64,000 nt of DNA from the NCBI GenBank assembly GCA_965203905.1, contig CBDBDQ010000005.1, forward strand, positions 3,840,001-3,904,000, in the 5' to 3' direction. Made by a program: the position numbers and the translations under genes. Below, in pieces: positions 59,633 to 64,000 of this stretch. The notes beneath the pieces are model-generated. The model worked only from the letters and a program-made list of their open reading frames with translations, did not search any database and had not been told where the DNA came from. This DNA comes from Spirochaetia bacterium. GTDB taxonomy: Bacteria; Spirochaetota; Spirochaetia; SZUA-6; Bin103. Each line of letters opens with the position of its first letter. Position 1 is the stretch's first letter.

Positions 59633-59836
59633 CTATCTCCGATCCGCCAGCAGCCGCAGGTACACGGTCTGGTCGGCCTGCATGCGTAGATGGGCGCCGC
59701 GCGCGTCGCGCACCAGCAGGTCCGCCGAGCCGAACGTCTCGATCGGCGAGCCCCGCGTCAGGGCAATCAGCGTGGTCAGCTCGCGCAGGCGTTGTCCCGG
59801 GCGTTCGTGGTAGACGCTGACCGGATCGCATATCAT
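59633..59836 (-). CDS. Small hypothetical protein (67 aa) upstream of ligC
   Basis: GGAG-like RBS, GC-rich codon usage, co-oriented with ligC. Confidence 0.4.
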   Translation of the reverse strand: MICDPVSVYHERPGQRLRELTTLIALTRGSPIETFGSADLLVRDARGAHLRMQADQTVYLRLLADRR

Positions 59837-59972
59837 CGCGATCTCTCGTGCTCCGCTCGCCGCGGGGGAGTGGTAACCGTGCGGGAAGCCATATTCACCC
59901 ATCATAACTCGACGCGCGGCGGTCGTGCATTGAACGCGTGCAACGCGCGCAGGGCACGGCACGCACTACCAC

Positions 59973-60001
59973 TTGACCGTGCGGCGAGTCGGGCGGACAA
60001 T
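59973..60001 (+). promoter_or_regulatory. Putative sigma70 promoter of the desaturase gene
   Basis: TTGACC, 17 nt, GACAAT, followed by AAGGAGG RBS. Confidence 0.5.
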
Positions 60002-60032
60002 CTGGTGCATCCACCGTAAGGAGGAGGCTTCG

Positions 60033-61079
60033 ATGGCAGACACGGCAGGTGCCTTTCCCCGCGACCGTCGTGGCGAGTGGGTTCCCGAGGATCTCCCCGG
60101 GCCCTCGCCCCTGTTCTCGCGTCCGTGGCGGATCAAGCCGGTGCTCGACAGCCTGTTCGGGCTCGATGGGCTGCTCGGCTGGCAGTCGATGATCTATATC
60201 GGCCTGTGCGTGGTGGGCTGGCTGTTCTTCACGCCCGAAATGGCGCGCATGCGCACCTTCGAGTTTGGCTGGATCGCGGAAATCTACCTGCGCAACGCGG
60301 CGCTGCTGCTGCTGGTCGTGGGGCCCATGCACCTGCGCCTGTACGTGGCGAAGTCGCAGGGAGACCGCTACAAGTTCAACTCCCACTTTCCGCACGCCGG
60401 CGACCGCAAGTTCCTGTTCGGGAGCCAGACCTGGGACAACGTGTTCTACAACTTCGTCAGCGGCGTCACCATCTGGACCGCGTTCGAGGCGCTGAGCATG
60501 TGGGCCTACGCCAACGGCTGGCTGCCGTTCGTGGAGTTCCGCACCAACCCGGTGTATTTCCTGCTGATGTTCCCCTTGATCATCCTGTTTCGCGTGTTCC
60601 ACTTCTACTGGACTCACCGGCTGACCCACTGGAAGCCCTACTACCGGGCGGCGCACTACGTGCATCACAAGAACGTGAACCCGGGGCCGTGGTCGGGATT
60701 CTCGATGCATCCGCTGGAGCACCTGATCTACCTGTCCGGCTTCCTGGTCCACTGGATCATTCCGTCGCACCCGATCCACCTGATGTACCACCTGCTGCAC
60801 GCCGGTCTGACTCCTGCCAACGGCCACAGCGGGTTCCACCGGATCGAGGTGAACGAGAAGCCCAACGTCAAGAGCGGGGACTACTTCCACTACCTGCATC
60901 ACCGCTACTTCGACTGCAACTACGGCACCACCATGGTGCCGCTGGACAGGTGGTTCGGCAGCTTCCACAACGGGTCGCCCGAGGCACACGAGGCGATGCG
61001 CAGCCGCCACCGGCGGATCAAGCAGGGCAAGCGGAAATACTGGGAAGTGGAGCCGGAGGTATCGACCGGTCTACGTTAG
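60033..61079 (+). CDS. Sterol desaturase / fatty acid hydroxylase family
   Basis: His boxes HRLTH, HYVHH, HYLHH; hydrophobic segments. Confidence 0.9.
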   Translation: MADTAGAFPRDRRGEWVPEDLPGPSPLFSRPWRIKPVLDSLFGLDGLLGWQSMIYIGLCVVGWLFFTPEMARMRTFEFGWIAEIYLRNAALLLLVVGPMHLRLYVAKSQGDRYKFNSHFPHAGDRKFLFGSQTWDNVFYNFVSGVTIWTAFEALSMWAYANGWLPFVEFRTNPVYFLLMFPLIILFRVFHFYWTHRLTHWKPYYRAAHYVHHKNVNPGPWSGFSMHPLEHLIYLSGFLVHWIIPSHPIHLMYHLLHAGLTPANGHSGFHRIEVNEKPNVKSGDYFHYLHHRYFDCNYGTTMVPLDRWFGSFHNGSPEAHEAMRSRHRRIKQGKRKYWEVEPEVSTGLR

Positions 61080-61189
61080 GATCGGCAGGTCCTCGGGACA
61101 TCAGAGTCCAGCGCCCCGACTCCGGTCGCGCCTCACGCTGGCGCTGGGCCACGGGTCCCGGTCACAGGGGTAGCGAAGGAGGGTAGCTG

Positions 61190-62143
61190 ATGCGGATAGC
61201 GGTCTGGGGACATGACCTCTCGGACGGGTACCTGCGCACCGTGACCCAGCTCGGCGCGGATGCCATCGACATCGGACAGGGTGACTTCTTCTCCGGCGTG
61301 CGGGAACAGGGCTATCCCGACCCGGAGCGGCTGCAGGCCGAGGTGCGCCGGGTGCGGCGCTGGGGGCTGGACTTCAACCGTGTCACCCTGCCCGATATCA
61401 CCGATGAGTTCATGCACGGCCGCGACGGCGCCGGGCGCGAGCTGGAGAACAGTTGCGCGGCACTGCGGGTGTTCGCCGAGGCCGGAATCCCGATCGTGCG
61501 CCAGCGTTTCGCCGGCGACACCTTCAACCACAAGCTGCTGCGTTACGAGTCGCTGCACCGCGGCGGCTATCGTTCGCGGGGGGAGAGCCGGGAGCTGGCC
61601 GGCAGCGGCCACGCCACGCCCTCGCACGCGGAGCTGGAAGAGTGGTGGCACCGCTTCTGCGCGGTCTACGAACGGCTGGTACCGATCGCCGAGGAGTGCG
61701 GCGTCCGGTTGGCGATCCATCCTTCCGACACGCCGCTTCCGGACACGCCGCTCGGCTCCCTGGGCTTCCATCGCGTCATCGACGCCTTTCCGAGCCGCAG
61801 CGTCGGCTACCTGTACTGCTGCGGCACCCGCGGCGAGGCCGGCGGGCCCCCCCTGGTGCTGGACGAGATCAACAACTACGGGCGCAAGGGGCGCATCTTC
61901 ACGGTGCACCTGCGCAACGTGCGCGGCAGCCTGGCCACCGCCGGCGGCTTCGAGGAGGTGCTGCTCGACGACGGCGACATGAACATGTTCCGCGTGGTGC
62001 GCGAGCTGCGGCGGGTGGGCTTCGACGGCTGTCTGAACCCCGATCACCTGCAGGAGATCGAGGGAGACAATGCGAGCGCTCACCATGCGCTGGCGTACTC
62101 CATCGGCTACATCAAGGCGCTGCTCGCGGCGCTGGCGGCATGA
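61190..62143 (+). CDS. Mannonate dehydratase (UxuA)-like, paralog 3 (divergent)
   Basis: HPSDTP, CCGT, VHLRNV, PDH, YSIGYIKA. Confidence 0.8.
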   Translation: MRIAVWGHDLSDGYLRTVTQLGADAIDIGQGDFFSGVREQGYPDPERLQAEVRRVRRWGLDFNRVTLPDITDEFMHGRDGAGRELENSCAALRVFAEAGIPIVRQRFAGDTFNHKLLRYESLHRGGYRSRGESRELAGSGHATPSHAELEEWWHRFCAVYERLVPIAEECGVRLAIHPSDTPLPDTPLGSLGFHRVIDAFPSRSVGYLYCCGTRGEAGGPPLVLDEINNYGRKGRIFTVHLRNVRGSLATAGGFEEVLLDDGDMNMFRVVRELRRVGFDGCLNPDHLQEIEGDNASAHHALAYSIGYIKALLAALAA

Positions 62144-63033
62144 GGCTCGCCATGGTGGGGCTGGACACTTCCCATGCGGTCGAGTTTACCCGTCGCCTGC
62201 AGGCACCCGACTGTCCGTCCGACCTGCGCGTGGCGGGCGCGCGAGTGGTGAGTTGCGTGCGCTTCGTGACCGCGTTTCAAGACGCCGCGGGGCTGGACCG
62301 GCGCCAGTCCCAGCTTGAGGCGTGGGGCGTAGCGGTGGGAACGGACCTTGAGGCCGCACTGCACGACGTGGACGCGATCCTGATCACGATCAACGATCCC
62401 GCCCTGCATCTGGAATACGTGCGCCGTTGCGCCGCCTTGAAGAAACCGATCTTTCTGGACAAGCCGCTGGCCGCGAACCTGGCCGAGGGACGGGAGATCG
62501 CCGCCATCGCGGCCGCGCATGAGGTGCCGCTGTGCTCGGCCTCGTCGCTGCGCTTCGTGCCCGCGTTGAGGGAGGCGTGCGCGCAGGTGCCGGAGCCGGG
62601 TTCCGCGGCCACCTGGGGCGCTCTTGGCCGGGCCCCCGCCGGAAGTTCCATCGTGTGGTACGGCGTGCACGGGGTGGAGATGCTGCAGCGCGCGCTGGGC
62701 CGCGGCGCCCGCGCGGTGAGCACTCACCCGGTCAGCGGCGGGGCGGTGCTGGTGGTGGAGTACGAGCGCGGCGCCACCGGGGTGGTGGAGCTGTACGAAG
62801 GCGGTGGCTACGGCGGCGTGCTGCGGGCGGCGCCCGACGCGGATGGGCCGGCGGCGGCGCCCTACGTGGTGGACATGCGCACCGGCTATAGCGACCTGCT
62901 GCGCGCGGTGGTGCCGTTCCTGGCCGGCGGGCCGACGCCGGTGCCCCTGGCCGACACCCTGGAGGTGATGGCGATCCTCGACGCTGCCGACCGTGCCAGC
63001 CGCAACGGCCGTACGGAGCCGACCTTCCCCTGA
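62140..63033 (+). CDS. Gfo/Idh/MocA family oxidoreductase
   Basis: VGLDTSH, IFLDKPLA, SSLRF, YGVHGVE; ATGA overlap. Confidence 0.85.
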   Translation: MRLAMVGLDTSHAVEFTRRLQAPDCPSDLRVAGARVVSCVRFVTAFQDAAGLDRRQSQLEAWGVAVGTDLEAALHDVDAILITINDPALHLEYVRRCAALKKPIFLDKPLAANLAEGREIAAIAAAHEVPLCSASSLRFVPALREACAQVPEPGSAATWGALGRAPAGSSIVWYGVHGVEMLQRALGRGARAVSTHPVSGGAVLVVEYERGATGVVELYEGGGYGGVLRAAPDADGPAAAPYVVDMRTGYSDLLRAVVPFLAGGPTPVPLADTLEVMAILDAADRASRNGRTEPTFP

Positions 63034-63052
63034 GCCGGACGCCAGCCGCGGA

Positions 63053-64000
63053 CTACAGGGCGGCGGCTACCAGGTCTCCTACGTCGGTGGTGGAATGGCC
63101 CATCTGGCCGGCGGACATGCTCTTCATCCTGGGCGTGGTCTGGCCGATGGCGTCCTCCACCCGCTGCCCGGCGCGGCTCAGGTTTGGCAGTCCCTTCTGG
63201 TCGCCGAGCACCGAAAGCAGCATTCCCATGGCGGCGATGGCGGCGATCGGGTTGATGATGTTCTGGCCGGTGTACTTGGGCGCGGAGCCGCCCATGCACT
63301 CGAACATGCTGCAGCCGCCCGGATCGGGGTTGATGTTGCCGCCGGCGGAGACGCCGAGACCGCCCTGAATCATGGCACCGATGTCGGTAATGATGTCGCC
63401 GAACATGTTGGGCACCACGATGGTGTCGTAGAACTCGGGATTCTTGACGAACCACATGCAGGCGGCGTCGATGTGGTTGTAGTCGCGCTCGATGTCCGGG
63501 TACTCGGCCTCGCCGATCTCGTGGAAGGCACGGAACCAGAGGTCGGCGGCGAAGGTGAGGACGTTGGTCTTGTGCACCAGGGTGAGCTGCCGGCGGTCGT
63601 TGCGCCGCCGGCAGTGCTCGAACGCCCAGCGCAGGCAGCGGTTCACGCCGAAGCGGGTGGCGATCATCTCCTGGGTGGCGATCTCCTGCTCCGTGCCCTT
63701 GCGCAGGAAGCCGCCGGCGCCGCAGTACAGGTCCTCGGTGTTCTCCCGCACCACGTCGAAGCGGATGTGCTCGGGCCCCTTGTCCTTCAGCGGGCAGTCG
63801 ACCCCGGGATAGAGCTTGACCGGCCGCAGGTTGATGTACTGGTCGAGCTGGAACCGGATCGAGAGCAGCAGGCCCTTTTCCAGGATGCCGGGCTTGACAT
63901 CCGGATGGCCGATGGCGCCCAGGTAGATGGCGTCGAACTGGCGCAACTCGTCGATCTGCTGCTCGCTGATCACCTCGCCGGTGGCCAGGTAGCGGTCGCC
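63053..64000 (-). CDS. leuB: 3-isopropylmalate dehydrogenase (5' end outside window)
   Basis: NLRPVK, RENTE, HKTNVL, NMFGDIITD, GSAP, NPIAAI. Confidence 0.9.
   Translation of the reverse strand, partial: GDRYLATGEVISEQQIDELRQFDAIYLGAIGHPDVKPGILEKGLLLSIRFQLDQYINLRPVKLYPGVDCPLKDKGPEHIRFDVVRENTEDLYCGAGGFLRKGTEQEIATQEMIATRFGVNRCLRWAFEHCRRRNDRRQLTLVHKTNVLTFAADLWFRAFHEIGEAEYPDIERDYNHIDAACMWFVKNPEFYDTIVVPNMFGDIITDIGAMIQGGLGVSAGGNINPDPGGCSMFECMGGSAPKYTGQNIINPIAAIAAMGMLLSVLGDQKGLPNLSRAGQRVEDAIGQTTPRMKSMSAGQMGHSTTDVGDLVAAAL

Noticed and set aside
53295-59813. Long Arg/Ala/Gly-rich ORFs (53295, 54329, 58467, and the 5' parts of 55423 and 56433)
   Set aside because: Alternative-frame or antisense products of larA, polX, Prim-Pol and ligC
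1-64000. CRISPR arrays, tRNA, rRNA, retron or reverse transcriptase genes
   Set aside because: None recognised by eye; tRNAscan-SE, Infernal and CRISPR finders were not run

Overview
High-GC bacterial accessory region with no rRNA, tRNA or CRISPR array that I can see. The signal-peptide style of the solute-binding proteins and the richness in PhyH, SDR and ABC genes suggest a host-associated, possibly sponge-associated Spirochaetaceae-like genome; this is inference only. From left to right: (1) a small defence-like island with an AbiL/RloA-RloB ATPase-TOPRIM pair, an orphan low-GC PD-(D/E)XK-type nuclease and a dead tyrosine integrase; (2) an 11.7 kb glycan-use segment (GH38 remnant, ABC transporter, GH116, large putative glycosidase, homocysteine methyltransferase) bracketed by a 465 bp near-identical INVERTED duplication of the 3' end of a lactonase gene; (3) sugar-acid and redox genes (lactonase, SDRs, GH5, UxuA-like dehydratases, an active/degenerate epimerase pair) and further family-5 ABC systems; (4) nested integrase and IS remnants followed by a lower-GC glycan island (GH32-like x2, sialidase, PhyH, sulfatase remnant) containing a highly structured intergenic region; (5) a very GC-rich block with a PolX-PHP / Prim-Pol / LigC repair cluster without Ku in the window, a LarA homolog, a desaturase and partial leuB. 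Several genes look collapsed by internal deletions that leave their start and stop signals. All calls come from motif reading; no database searches were run.
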